The notes under the pieces: generated by a model | Databases searched by the model: none | The model's input: only the letters and a program-made list of their open reading frames with translations | Told to the model about the DNA's origin: nothing | Shown: positions 27,788 through 38,580 of the stretch, piece by piece | How the letters are laid out: each line of letters starts with the position of its first letter | How positions within the stretch are numbered: the first letter of the stretch is position 1 | Made by a program: the position numbers and the translations under genes | NCBI GenBank assembly: GCA_963711565.1 | Contig: CAVQEQ010000004.1 | Coordinates: 224,001 to 288,000 of the forward strand | Reading direction: 5' to 3' | Source: an uncultured delta proteobacterium | GTDB taxonomy: Bacteria; Desulfobacterota; Binatia; Binatales; Binataceae | DNA length: 64,000 nucleotides

Positions 27788-28075
27788 CTACGCAGACGCC
27801 CCTGCGGTGTTTTCGCTGCCGGCGGGGAGCGGCTCGACGCTCACTTGCCGCTTCTCACCCTTCGGCTCGTACTTAACCACACCGTCGATGAGCGCGTAAA
27901 TCGTATAGTCGCGGCCAAGGCCGACGTTGCGTCCCGGATGCACGCGCGTGCCGCACTGGCGGACGAGGATATTGCCGGCCTTGACGGTCTGGCCCGCGTA
28001 AATTTTGATACCACGGCGCTGGCCCGGACTATCGCGGCCATTGCGCGTCGAACCCTGGCCTTTTTTGTGCGCCAC
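27788..28075 (-). CDS. rpmA: 50S ribosomal protein L27
   Basis: [39 protein letters not shown]. Confidence 0.97.
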   Translation of the reverse strand: MAHKKGQGSTRNGRDSPGQRRGIKIYAGQTVKAGNILVRQCGTRVHPGRNVGLGRDYTIYALIDGVVKYEPKGEKRQVSVEPLPAGSENTAGASA

Positions 28076-28138
28076 GCAGTGTCTCCTGGGATGAGCGGCC
28101 TTCCGGGCCGCAGTTCAATTAGAAATCGCGCGACGCGA

Positions 28139-28453
28139 TTATGCGCCCGCGGAAATTTCCTCGATTTTGAGAACGGTCAGCTCCTGCCGATGCCCGCGTT
28201 TACGGCGGTAATTCTTGCGGCGCTTTTTCTTGAACACGATTATCTTCGTGCCGCGCGGCTGCTGAACGATCTTCGCCGTCACCGACGCGCCCGCGACGAC
28301 CGGTGTGCCGACCTTGGGCGCGTCGCCGCCGACCGCCAGCACCTGGTCAAGTGATATAGCCGCGCCCACGTCGCCTTCGAGCCGCTCGACCGTAATCTGG
28401 TCGCCGACGCCGACGCGGTACTGTTTTCCGCCTGTCTTTACTATTGCAAACAT
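28139..28453 (-). CDS. rplU: 50S ribosomal protein L21
   Basis: [30 protein letters not shown]. Confidence 0.97.
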   Translation of the reverse strand: MFAIVKTGGKQYRVGVGDQITVERLEGDVGAAISLDQVLAVGGDAPKVGTPVVAGASVTAKIVQQPRGTKIIVFKKKRRKNYRRKRGHRQELTVLKIEEISAGA

Positions 28454-28497
28454 CGCTTATGTCGAACGAACACAATTATCGGACGCAGTCTGGCAAG

Positions 28498-28752
28498 TCA
28501 ACGCGGCGCGTGTTCCTGATTCAAGGAACTAGCGACAGATCGACGAAGAGGAATTCCCAGCCACAAACAGGTTAGAAAGCCGACTCCGACAAAGATGAAG
28601 GCCTTTATGAATATTCGCTCAAACTCAGAAAAAGTGTTCCAAAATACAAAATCGAATAGACAATCGAGACCAAAGGACACCGTAGCGACGACAAAAATCC
28701 AGTATAGACCCAGTCCAGTTCCAGTTCGCTTTATGGAGTGTTGATCAATCAA
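28498..28752 (-). CDS. Small two-TM hypothetical protein, AT-rich insertion
   Basis: 84-aa ORF overlapping the sufT stop; markedly lower GC. Confidence 0.45.
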   Translation of the reverse strand: MIDQHSIKRTGTGLGLYWIFVVATVSFGLDCLFDFVFWNTFSEFERIFIKAFIFVGVGFLTCLWLGIPLRRSVASSLNQEHAPR

Positions 28753-29287
28753 TGCCGAGTCTCTCGCGCCCCTCTGGCGAGATCATCTGCGGCGTCCATG
28801 GCGGATCCCAGACCAGATCGACATCCGCCTCCGACACTCCCGGCAGGCTCATGATTTTGTAGCGCGCGTCGGTTGCGATCGACGCGCCCATCCCGCAGCC
28901 CTGCGCCGTCAGCGTCATCTTCACTTCGACTTTCTTGGTGCCGTCGTCGGCGTCCTTCACTTCCATTCCATAGACGAGGCCGAGGTCCACGATGTTGACG
29001 GGAATCTCCGGATCGAAGCAGGTCTTGAGCTGCTCCCAAACCATCGCTTCGAGGTCGCCGCCGCCGGACGCCGACACTGCGCCCGCATCCGCAGGAGTTT
29101 TGCCGAGCGCGTCGGCGTCTTTGCCGGCGACGCGGAAGAGGCCGCCGTATGCGGGAATCTGCAACGTGAAGGTTCCGCCGAGCGATTGCGTGATAAAGGC
29201 TTCGAGCCCCTTTTCGAGCATCATCTTGTTCCCGGCCGGGACCTGCACGCCTTCGCATTCGCGGGCCAACTCAACGCGTTCCATCAT
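28745..29287 (-). CDS. sufT: Fe-S cluster assembly protein SufT (DUF59, PaaD-like)
   Basis: ITQSLGGTFT, DPEIPVNIVDLGLVY, MTLTAQGCGMG, LVWDPPW. Confidence 0.88.
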   Translation of the reverse strand: MMERVELARECEGVQVPAGNKMMLEKGLEAFITQSLGGTFTLQIPAYGGLFRVAGKDADALGKTPADAGAVSASGGGDLEAMVWEQLKTCFDPEIPVNIVDLGLVYGMEVKDADDGTKKVEVKMTLTAQGCGMGASIATDARYKIMSLPGVSEADVDLVWDPPWTPQMISPEGRERLGID

Positions 29288-29477
29288 CGGCTAATACCTT
29301 CCTTGTCAGAGCCACTATTCTAACCACCGAATCTCCTCGTGTCATCACGGCGAGAGCATGGCATGGCGCGCATGGAATGGCGGGCACGGCGGCCCGCCCC
29401 ACTGCATTCAATTCGATGAGTTGCTCGCGCGCGTTGCGGTCGCGAGGTGCTCCTGCTAAAGCGAAGGAAGGACGAAG

Positions 29478-31367
29478 GTGCGGGTGGTGGAAGAGGCGGG
29501 AATACCGGGCGCGAATCAGCCTCATTTCGGCGTTTCGGCCAAGCAGAAGCTCTACGAGTTTCTGTGCTCGCGGCCGGCGGGCGCCGATGCGGGCGAGCTG
29601 ATCGGTTTGCTGCTTAGCGGAGTCGGCTCGGATCCCGAACTCGGCGCGCGATTGGTTCGCCAACTCATCGGCGACGATCCGAATTTTATTTTCGATAACG
29701 ACGCTGCGCAGTGGCGGCTCGCGCAAAGCGATCGGCTCCGCGTCGGGCTTGACGCGGCCGAGTTTACTGTCGTCGATCTCGAGACTACGGGCGGACGCGC
29801 CGGTCCGGGCACGATCATCGAGATCGGCGCTTACCGAATGGTTGGTAAGCGGCTCACCGAATCATTCTCGCAGCTCGTTCGCCCGCATGGCGGCGTCGTG
29901 CCGCGCTTTATCACCGGGCTCACGTCGATCACGACCGAGATGGTTCGCGAGGCGCCACCGATCGAGGACGTGCTGCCCGCGTTTCGCGAGTTTATGGGCG
30001 ACCGCGTGATGGTCGCGCACAACGCGGCCTTCGATTTCGGATTTCTCGACTTCGAATATCGGCGCATCTTCGGCATCGGACTCGCCAATCCCGTCCTGTG
30101 CACGCTGCGGATGGCGCGCCGCTTCATGCCGTCGCTCAAGCGCCGCCGGCTCGACTTGCTCGCGACGCATTTCGGGCTCTCGCTCGAAGGACGGCATCGC
30201 GGCCTCGGCGACGCGCGGATGGCCGCGGAGATTCTTTCTATTTTTCTCGAGATGGCGCACCGGATGGGCATCACGCGGCTCGACCGCCTGCTCGACGACC
30301 ATCATCGCGGAATCGCCGGCAAACGAATCGAGCGTCACGTGCCGCCCGAGGAAATCGCGGCACTGCCGCATGCGCCGGGCGTTTACCTGATGCGCAATGA
30401 GCGCGGCGATTTGCTCTACATCGGCAAGGCGCGGCGGCTCCGGGAGCGGGTCAGCTCATACTTCTCCGCGTCGGTGAAGGCGAAGACGGCGGAGCTCGTC
30501 TCGCACGTTTACAAAATCGAGACGCGGGTGACGCGCTCGCCGCTCGAGGCGGCGCTCGACGAGGTGCGGCTCATCCGCGAACTGAAACCGCCGTACAACA
30601 GGATGCTCAAGTCGGCGGCGCCGGCGTATTTCATCAAGCTCGACCTGATGGACGAATTTCCGCGCGTGACGCTCTCCACCAGGATGAGCGCGCGGCGCGG
30701 CGTGATGCATCTCGGGCCGTTCATCGGCCGCCGCGGTATCGAGCATTCAGTTCGCGCGCTGTCGCGAATCCTCGGCCTGCGCACCTGCGGCGGGAAACTA
30801 GCGCCGAGCGAAGAAATCTCGCCATGCATCTACGGCCAGATGGGCCACTGCACCGCGCCATGTAACGTCAGCATCGGCGAAGAAAAATACGCGGAGCGGG
30901 TTCGACGCGCGGTTGGTTTTTTACGCGGGCGCAGCGGCCCTATCCTCGGCGAGCTGGCGCGGGCGCGCGACCAGGCCGCGGCCGCGATGCGCTTTGAAGA
31001 GGCGGCGCGCTTTCGGCGTTATCTCGAAGAGCTGACCACGCTGGCGCATCGCGCGAGCCGTCTCAGCGAGGTCGTGACGGAAAACAATCTGGTGATCGTG
31101 ACCGGCAACAATGGAGATCGCGCGGCGCACGTCGTGCTGTCGGGACGGCTTGCGATGACGATCAAGCTCGAGGGTTGCGAGGCAGCGTGTGAGGTGGTTC
31201 AGTTCGTCGCGGACAATTACGAGCGGTACAAGTTGAAGGCCGTCGAGCGCGGAGAGTTGGAACAGATGACGATCGTCGCGCGATGGCTTCGGGAGCGCAC
31301 GCCCGACGAGGGCCGGCTTTTCCATCTCGCCGGCCCACATCTGGATCCCCTCGCGCTGGCGCATTGA
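29478..31367 (+). CDS. DEDDh (DnaQ-like) exonuclease fused to a UvrC/Cho-type GIY-YIG endonuclease
   Basis: VVDLETTG, AHNAAFD, HRGLGDA; PGVYLM...LYIGKA..LRERVSSY; Cys cluster LRTC...PCIYGQMGHCTAPC; UVR motif FEEAARFR. Confidence 0.88.
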   Translation: MRVVEEAGIPGANQPHFGVSAKQKLYEFLCSRPAGADAGELIGLLLSGVGSDPELGARLVRQLIGDDPNFIFDNDAAQWRLAQSDRLRVGLDAAEFTVVDLETTGGRAGPGTIIEIGAYRMVGKRLTESFSQLVRPHGGVVPRFITGLTSITTEMVREAPPIEDVLPAFREFMGDRVMVAHNAAFDFGFLDFEYRRIFGIGLANPVLCTLRMARRFMPSLKRRRLDLLATHFGLSLEGRHRGLGDARMAAEILSIFLEMAHRMGITRLDRLLDDHHRGIAGKRIERHVPPEEIAALPHAPGVYLMRNERGDLLYIGKARRLRERVSSYFSASVKAKTAELVSHVYKIETRVTRSPLEAALDEVRLIRELKPPYNRMLKSAAPAYFIKLDLMDEFPRVTLSTRMSARRGVMHLGPFIGRRGIEHSVRALSRILGLRTCGGKLAPSEEISPCIYGQMGHCTAPCNVSIGEEKYAERVRRAVGFLRGRSGPILGELARARDQAAAAMRFEEAARFRRYLEELTTLAHRASRLSEVVTENNLVIVTGNNGDRAAHVVLSGRLAMTIKLEGCEAACEVVQFVADNYERYKLKAVERGELEQMTIVARWLRERTPDEGRLFHLAGPHLDPLALAH

Positions 31368-31394
31368 TCGCCAACTGTCGCCGCCGCGCGCGCG

Positions 31395-34300
31395 CTATTT
31401 CTTCGGGTGCGTTCCCTCGCCGGTCAAGCCGACAGAACTCGGCGAGTTGCTCGCGTTGCTGTCGATCGTCAGGGTGCCGTCGCGCGCGCCGAGCGCGGTG
31501 GGCGAGAACCGGACCTTCACGGTGCATTTGGCCTTGGGCCTGATGCTCGCGCCGCAGCCGTTTACTATCGCGAAATCGCCGCCGGCAGCGATGCTCGAAA
31601 AGGTGACCGCCGTGGTCTTGCTCTTATTCTGAATCGTGACCTTGCGGGGCTTGCTGACGCCGTCATTTCCGAACACGACCTTGCCGAGCTTGAGAGCGTG
31701 CGGTGAGACCTTCAGCGTGGCGGGGACCGGCGTGACCGTGGGAGTCGCCGTAGGAGTCAAAGTCGCGGTGGCAGTCGCCGTGGGGGTTGCGGTCGCCGTC
31801 ACGGTCGTAGTGGTAATCGGCGTGCCGGTAGCAGTCACGGTCGATGTCGGCGTGCCGGATGGGGTCGCGGTCGGCGTCTGAGTCGCAGTGACAGTACTAG
31901 TCGGCGTCGCTGTTACAGTTGCAGTGTTTGTCGCGGTTGCGGTCGGGGTGCCGGTCGCCGTGACGGTCGGCGTGCCGGTTGCCGTTGCGGTTTGAGTTGC
32001 GGTCGCAGTCGGAGTTGGCGTCGCGGTGCCGGTTGCAGTTGTCGTCGCAGTGTCGGTCGCGGTCGGAGTAGCCGTTGGAGTCGCGCTGGCGGTGGCGGTC
32101 GATGTTGGCGTCTCTGTGGTAGTCGCGGTCGTCGTTGCGGTGCCGGTCGGCGTCGCCGTTGCGGTATCAGTCACCGTCGCAGTTGCGGTGCCGGTTGCCG
32201 TGACAGTTGATGTCGGAGTGTTGGTAGCCGTCACGGTCGCAGTCTGAGTCGCAGTTGGCGTATCGGTAGGTGTGGCCGTTGCGGTTGCGGTATCAGTTGT
32301 AGTCGCAGTTGCACTATCGGTAGCCGTGACAGTTGATGTCGGAGTGTCGGTAGCCGTTGCGGTCGCGGTCTGAGTCGCAGTTGGCGTTGCCGTGGCAGTA
32401 TCCGTGGCAGTCGCGGCTGGCGTGCCGGTCGGCGTGGCCGTTGCGGTTGCGGTGTCAGTCGCTGTTGCGGTCGCAGTGACGGTTGGTGTCGGAGTATCGG
32501 TAAGTGTTGCAGTCGCGGTCTGAGTCGCAGTCGGGGTATCGGTCGCGGTTGTGGTTGCCGTGGCAGTATCCGTGGCAGTCGCGGCTGGCGTGCTGGTCGG
32601 CGTGGCCGTCGCGGTATCAGTCGCTGTCGCAGTGGCAGTATCGGTAGCCGTGGCAGTTGATGTCGGAGTGTCGGTAGCCGTTGGGGTCGCGGTCTGAGTC
32701 GCGGTGGGGGTATCGGTAGACACCGCGGTATCGGTTGCGGTCGCGGTTGCGGTCGCCTTGGCCGTCGGCGTTGGACTCGAGGACGGTATCATGGGGTTGT
32801 CGAAAACTAGCACGCGATTGTTCGCCTGGTCGGCGGTGTACAGGTTGCCCGCCGGATCCATCGCTACGCCGGCCGGATGGCACATCGCGCTGGCGCTGGG
32901 CGCGGGATCGCCGGGTGCGGAGTCGGCGCAGAAGCTGTCGGCGAAATCGGTGCCGCTCGCACCTTGTCCAAGGACCAGGTCGGCCGTGACGTTGCCTGTC
33001 GCCACGGGCTGGTTGTATTCGAGCACGCGATTGTTGGCTTGGTCGGCGACGATCAGGTCCCCGAAACTGTCGAGGCTGACACCGACGGGATTGCAAATTC
33101 CGGTGGCACTCGGCGGCGGCCCCGCCGAGCTCGAGCATACGTCGGTCGTTAAGCTCGCAGCGGTGCCGGCGGCGCCCTGGCCGAAAACCAGGTCCGCGGT
33201 CGTGTCACCCGCGCCAGTGATTGGATTGAACAAAGCCAGCGGTTGATTGAACTCGAGCACGCGTGAGTTGCCCGAGTCGGCGACAAACAGGTCGCCCGAC
33301 GGATCGGTAAGCAGCCCGCGCGGAGTGCATAGCGTGTTCGCGGTCGGACCGCTGCCACCGTTGCATTGGCCGGTGGTGAAAATTCCGCTCTGTCCGAACA
33401 CGTTGTCGGCGATCGTGTCGCCGGCGTTGAATTCGAGGACGCGATTATTGTTCGTATCGGATACGTACAGATTTCCCAGCCCATCTACCGTCAGACCTTC
33501 CGGCATGCACATCGTCGAGGCGTTGATAGTGCCCGGGTCCGTGCCGAGGTCGCATACGTTGGTCGTGAAACTGCCGCCTTGTCCGAACACCCGAATTGCG
33601 CTCAATCCGACGGGCGGCGAACCGCCGGCAAACGGAGCGGCGTATTCGAGCACGCGATTGTTGTCGGCGTCGGCCACATACAGATCGCCCGAAGCGTCCA
33701 CCGCCACGTCGATCGGATCGCATAGGCTGGCCGCGCCGATTCCGCCGTCGTTGCATCCGATCGAGAGGGCATCTGGCTGCCCGATGACGAGAGTGGCGGG
33801 CTCGTCGTTGGCGAATGCGCCGACGTCGGCCCATCCGAGCACGCGATTGTTGAGCGAGTCGGCGACGTAGAGGCGGTACGGCAAGCCGCCGCTGGGATCG
33901 ATCGCGAGTCCGGCCTGCCCTGCAGCGCGGACGCCGTCGGGTTGTTGACGCCGTTATGAGACAAGTCCGCTTCGCCGAGCACCAGGCTCGCCACCGGCGG
34001 AGACGCTTGCGGAGCCGTGTACTCGAGCACCCGGTTGTTCGATGCGTCCGCGACAAACACGTCGCCCAGACTGTCCAGCGCAACTCCGTCCGGCTGACAG
34101 AGAACTGATCCGCTCGGCGCGATCTCGGTGGTGCCGCCGCAGACGCCGGTGGTGAAGCTGCCGCTCTGGCCGAAGACAACGTCCGCCGTCACGTCGCCGC
34201 TACCGCCGGGCGTGCCGGGCGTTCCGCCGCCGGCGGCGAGCGGGGTCAGATATTCGAGCACGCGGCTGTTACTGATATCGGTCACGAACAAGTCGCCCGC

Positions 34301-35383
34301 AGCGTCGAGCGCGATTCCGCTCAAGTTGCAGAGGCCGTCCGCGCTCGTCGGATCGCCGTTGCCGTCGTAGCAGATGGAGTCGGTGAAATCGGTTCCACTC
34401 GAGCCCTGGCCGAAGACCAGGTCGGCGGTGACGTTGCCGTCGCTGCTGGTGACAGGATTGAAGGTTGTGAGCGGCTGATTGAACTCGAGCACGCGATGAT
34501 CGCCATCGTCCCCGACGTAAACATTCGCCGCGCCGTCGACGGCAACTGACAAGGGGTTGCACATCCCGACGTTGGTCGCGCTGCCGTTGTCCAGCACGCA
34601 ACTATTGTCGGTAAAGTCGATGCCGCTCGCGCCTTGTCCAAAGACGAGGTCCGCGATGGTGTCGCCCGCGCCCGTGACGGGATTGAACACTCCCAACGGC
34701 TGATTGTATTCGAGCACGCGGCTATTGCCCGCGTCGGCGACGTAAAGATTGTTGTTCGAATCGGATGCGACGCCCTGCGGAGAACACAGGCCCGCCGCCG
34801 TCTGCGCACATACGGTCTGGGTGAAGCTGCCGCCTTGACCGAACACGACATTGGCCGCAAAGCCGGCGCTGATCGCCTGCGTGAACGGCAGATTGTATTC
34901 GAGCACGCGATTGTTGCTCGTGTCCGCAACGTAGAGATTGCCCGCGCTATCGACCGCAACTCCGCCGGGCAGGCACAGACTGTCCGCGCCAAGGCCCGCG
35001 ACGTCGGCGAGCGCGGTGCCGCTATTGCACCGCGTGGTCTGAAAATCGGGTTGGCCGATCTCGATGTCCGCATTCTGGCCGTTGGTGAAGCTGTTGGCGT
35101 CATTCCAGCCCAGCACGCGGTTGTTGCTGCCGTCTACGACATACAGATGCTCGGGCGAGCTGTTCAGATCGACCGCCATCTGGCTCGGCGAATTGAGACT
35201 CGCCGCGCCGGGGTTGTTGATTCCGTTGTGCGCGAAGTCGATTTGTCCGAGCACCGCATCCGCGATGTAATCGCCGGTCGCCGCCGGCAACGCCGTCACC
35301 ATGAACAGGGCGACGATTGATACGACCGCGATAGTGCCGAGACGGATGCTGGAAAATGTGCGCGACGGTTTTCGTGCGGGCAT
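31395..35383 (-). pseudogene. Large secreted NHL-repeat beta-propeller protein with Thr-rich linker and ASH domain, split by a 1-nt frameshift near 33915
   Basis: Two ORFs (35383 onward and 33884-31395) carry the same LYVADxxNNRVLEY / ADLVFGQ repeats. The frame switches at ...ALQG / [27 protein letters not shown] before ATG 35383. Confidence 0.8.
31725..32780 (-). repeat. ~1-kb Thr/Ala-rich tandem repeat linker ([14 protein letters not shown]-type units)
   Basis: Directly visible repeated units in the translation. Confidence 0.9.
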
Positions 35384-35625
35384 GCTGTTCTCCATCAGTC
35401 GCCGCACGATCGATTCGACCTGCCGCAGCGAGACGACATTCAAGCAGTGTCGTGCCCGCGCAATAGCGAGGTAAGTGGGATGACAATTTGTGCCTAAACA
35501 TACTGCCGCGCGAACGCCGCGGCGCGTCGCGGAGCGGAGCCACCTTCGTTAGCGTGGAGTAGGGCGAGGAGATTCGGCGGGCGCATCTTGATGGGTCGAA
35601 AAGCGCCCGTCACCGCGACATTCTG

Positions 35626-37143
35626 CTACCCGCCGGTGGGAAGGGGAGATGCTCGCACCGCACGTTCGAACGCCCAGCCGCGAATGTGGTTGATCTGTTC
35701 CTTCATGGTTTGCGCCAGCGGAACCACCTCGCCGGCGGCCTGGAAAAGATCCTGCTCCGTAACCTCGAGGTCCTTCAGGCGTGCCTTGGTCAGTGCCGAT
35801 ACTACAGCCTGCTCGATCTCGGCGCCGGTCCAGCCCTTCATAAAGGCCGCCAACCGTTCGAGATTAAACTTGGACGCGTCGATTTCACGGCGGCCCAGGT
35901 GAATCTTCAGGATATCGACCCGTTCAGGAACCAGCGGCAGGTCGACGAAGAAAACCTCGTCGAAGCGTCCTTTGCGAATCATCTCGGCCGGCAGCAGGTC
36001 GATTCGGTTTGCGGTGGCGGCGACAAACAGCCCGCGCGCCTTCTCCTGCATCCAGGTCAGAAAGAAAGCGAAGATACGGCCCTGCTCGCCGCCCGGGTCT
36101 CCCGAAGTAATCCCCATCTCGATCTCGTCGAACCAGACCACGGCGGGCGTCATGTCCTCGAGCGTCTTGCAGGCCTGGACGAATGCGCCCTCGGGCTGCC
36201 CATGCCTGCCGGAGAAGACCTCGATCATGTCGATTCGATAGAGCGGCAGCTCGAAGCTCGAGGCGATAGCTTTGACGCACAGGCTCTTGCCACAGCCCGG
36301 GATGCCCATGATGAGCACGCCCTTGGGCACGATGTCGGTGCTCAGGCTCTCGCGCAGCTGAAATAGTTTGCGCCGTTCGAGCAGCCACTGCTTGAGGCGA
36401 TCGAGGCCGCCGACCTCCCCGATATTCGTGCCGTCGGCAAAGTATTCGATGACGCCGCCGCGATTGACCAGCAGGCGCTTCTCCTCGAGCAAGGCGGGCA
36501 ACGACTCGCGGCCGAGGCTTCGGTTCACTGCAAGAGCGCGGCGTATCGCATGTCGCGCCTCCTGCAGCGTTACTCCCTGCAGGGCTCGCGCGAGCGTGTG
36601 CAAGGTTTCGTCGCCCACCTCGGGCGCCGAGAGTTGCTGAGCCTCGCTCCGCAGAAGCTCGACCAGTTCGATCAGATCAGGCGGCCGGAGTTCGAGATAT
36701 AAAATGTCCCGCTCGATTTCCTCGGGAACGAATCGCACCGGCGAGCTGATGACGACGAACTTCCGTTGATAGAGACAGCTTTCGTACAGGTCTCGAAGAC
36801 GGCGCCTGACCTCCGGCGATTCGCGCAACGGCTCGTGAAAGTCCTTGAGATGGAAGATGGCGGCGTCCGTGTGGGCGGCGATGAAGTCCAGAGCCTCGCG
36901 AGGCTCCAGCGTGCCGGCCTGCGCCACGCCGTCATCGCGAAGCAATCCTTGGGTGAGGCTCCAGGTCCAAACCGGCACCGGTGCGGATTCTTGCAACGTC
37001 CGGCCGACCTCGCGCAGCACCCTTGCGATTCGCTGCTCTTCGGCGGATCGGATGTAAATAAGCGGCCGTCCGGATTGGAAGACCTCGCGCAGCAACTTTA
37101 CCGTGCGGCTCTCAACCGGCTGAGACTTTATAGAATCATTCAT
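35626..37143 (-). CDS. AAA+ ATPase, Ycf46-like
   Basis: LKDFH in the degenerate N-domain; VGGLDRLKQWL, GIPGCGKS, WFDEIE, ATANRIDLLPAEMIRKGRFDEVFFVDLP. Confidence 0.85.
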   Translation of the reverse strand: MNDSIKSQPVESRTVKLLREVFQSGRPLIYIRSAEEQRIARVLREVGRTLQESAPVPVWTWSLTQGLLRDDGVAQAGTLEPREALDFIAAHTDAAIFHLKDFHEPLRESPEVRRRLRDLYESCLYQRKFVVISSPVRFVPEEIERDILYLELRPPDLIELVELLRSEAQQLSAPEVGDETLHTLARALQGVTLQEARHAIRRALAVNRSLGRESLPALLEEKRLLVNRGGVIEYFADGTNIGEVGGLDRLKQWLLERRKLFQLRESLSTDIVPKGVLIMGIPGCGKSLCVKAIASSFELPLYRIDMIEVFSGRHGQPEGAFVQACKTLEDMTPAVVWFDEIEMGITSGDPGGEQGRIFAFFLTWMQEKARGLFVAATANRIDLLPAEMIRKGRFDEVFFVDLPLVPERVDILKIHLGRREIDASKFNLERLAAFMKGWTGAEIEQAVVSALTKARLKDLEVTEQDLFQAAGEVVPLAQTMKEQINHIRGWAFERAVRASPLPTGG

Positions 37144-37220
37144 ATGACAATAGCGGAGAGTGGCGAACCTGCGAGCGACCCTTCGGCAATCCTCAGATTA
37201 TATATGTAACTCGCGCCGAT

Positions 37221-37601
37221 TACTCCGCGGCCGCCACCTGCGTCACGCCGGCGGCGGATGAGCTGGTGGATGCCCTTCTTGCGGAGGGGCGCCGCCCCAG
37301 ATCAAAACGTCGGGGCAGAGGTCGGCACCGTTTGGCCATACCACCGTTCCTCCCTCTACTCGGACTTTCGCGAAGTCCGCCTGCTCCTTTCGGATAGGCT
37401 CAAATACTGGGCCGACCAGCAACTGCGACACATCGCGCTCGATGACAGAGCCATCGGTCAGCGTCAGCCTTAATTTGAAGTCTCCAGGAACTTCCACCTC
37501 GCGAATACGCAAAAGCGCCATATACTTCCACCTTAAGCTGAATCGCGCGCTTGAATAATGTGTCACCAAGTTCGCCTCGCATCTACTCCGCGGCCGCCAC
37601 C
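37221..37601. mobile_element. 363-bp islet bounded by 18-bp direct repeats that duplicate the 3' end of the TPR-SH3 gene
   Basis: TACTCCGCGGCCGCCACC at 37221-37238 and 37584-37601; the second copy encodes the final VAAAE codons of the TPR gene. Confidence 0.75.
37243..37521 (-). CDS. DUF2442-family protein (antitoxin-like)
   Basis: LRLTLTDG, GPVFEPIR, FAKVRVEGGTVVWPNGADLCPDVL. Start at ATG 37521. Confidence 0.85.
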   Translation of the reverse strand: MALLRIREVEVPGDFKLRLTLTDGSVIERDVSQLLVGPVFEPIRKEQADFAKVRVEGGTVVWPNGADLCPDVLIWGGAPPQEGHPPAHPPPA

Positions 37602-38476
37602 GGGATGAAGCCGATCGTGCCATTCTTGAGTTTGATCTGCAGATAGTCGCCCGCGATGCCCGTCACGTGGACGTATTTCTTGCGGCGCACCTGGCCGACG
37701 GTTGAGCTGGTCGTGTCGGGATTCTGATACACCGGCGAATTTTTGGTCAGCAGGAAAAGCTTGTTGAGCGGCTTGACCTGCGGCGCTGCCGCTCCGGCTG
37801 CCGACGCCGTTGTCGTCGCGGGCGCCTCCGCCGGCAGTGTGGCAGCGGTGGTCGCGACGGGCGCGGGCAGCAGCTTGACGTTGAGTGCTCGCACCTCGTC
37901 GAATTCAGCGTTGGCTTCGGCCGCGCGATCCGGCTCCGTCGCCAGCAGATTCGCCAAGGCCAGATGGGCCTTCGCGTTTTTGGGACTTAGCCCGATTGCG
38001 GTGCGAATTTGATCCTCGGCCTCTGCCGTCTTGCCTTCCTGTCTTAGCACCTCACCTAAATCGAGATGGTAGCTGTCGCGGTCCGGCTCGAGCGCGACTG
38101 CGGCGCGGTATTGATTCTCCGCGAGTCCGCGCTGGCTCTGATCGTTGTACAGGTTGCCGAGCGCGACATGGGTCGCCGCGTTTTTGGGATCGATCTCGAG
38201 CACCTTCATGAACTCGACTTGCGCGTCGCCCGGCTTGTGCTCGAAGATGTAGAGGTTTCCGAGCGCAATATGGACTCGCGGGTCGTTCGGCGCGATTTTC
38301 ACCGCCTGTTGGTAAGCTGTCTCCGCGTCGGCCAGCTTGGTCGCCTGCATATCAGCGTCGCCCTCGGCCAGAAGATCGTCGGGGGACGTGTGATGGCATC
38401 CCGCAACTATCAGGATCATCGCTCCGGCCACGATCATGGCGCCGCTCTGGTTGATTAGGCTTCGCTTCCCCATCAT
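37583..38476 (-). CDS. TPR-repeat lipoprotein with C-terminal SH3-like domain
   Basis: Lipobox IVAG-C; TPRs (AYQQAVKIAPNDPRVHIALGNLY etc.); C-terminal GDYLQIKLKNGTIGFIP. Confidence 0.8.
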   Translation of the reverse strand: MMGKRSLINQSGAMIVAGAMILIVAGCHHTSPDDLLAEGDADMQATKLADAETAYQQAVKIAPNDPRVHIALGNLYIFEHKPGDAQVEFMKVLEIDPKNAATHVALGNLYNDQSQRGLAENQYRAAVALEPDRDSYHLDLGEVLRQEGKTAEAEDQIRTAIGLSPKNAKAHLALANLLATEPDRAAEANAEFDEVRALNVKLLPAPVATTAATLPAEAPATTTASAAGAAAPQVKPLNKLFLLTKNSPVYQNPDTTSSTVGQVRRKKYVHVTGIAGDYLQIKLKNGTIGFIPVAAAE

Positions 38477-38580
38477 CGTTGAGATTCCTCCAGGAAACAG
38501 TCCAACTATTCTACCGCGTACTGAGATTCAGCGCCTCTTCCCCAAAACTTCCTAACAGGGACGAAGTCCCGCATCTTAGT

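Noticed and set aside
29478-31367. Exonuclease-GIY-YIG fusion as a novel architecture
   Set aside because: Known DnaQ-UvrC/Cho-like fusion type (e.g. mycobacterial Rv2191-like proteins).
31725-32780. Repetitive DNA considered as a CRISPR array
   Set aside because: Codon-phased, degenerate repeats inside a CDS, with no constant repeat/unique spacer pattern and no cas genes.
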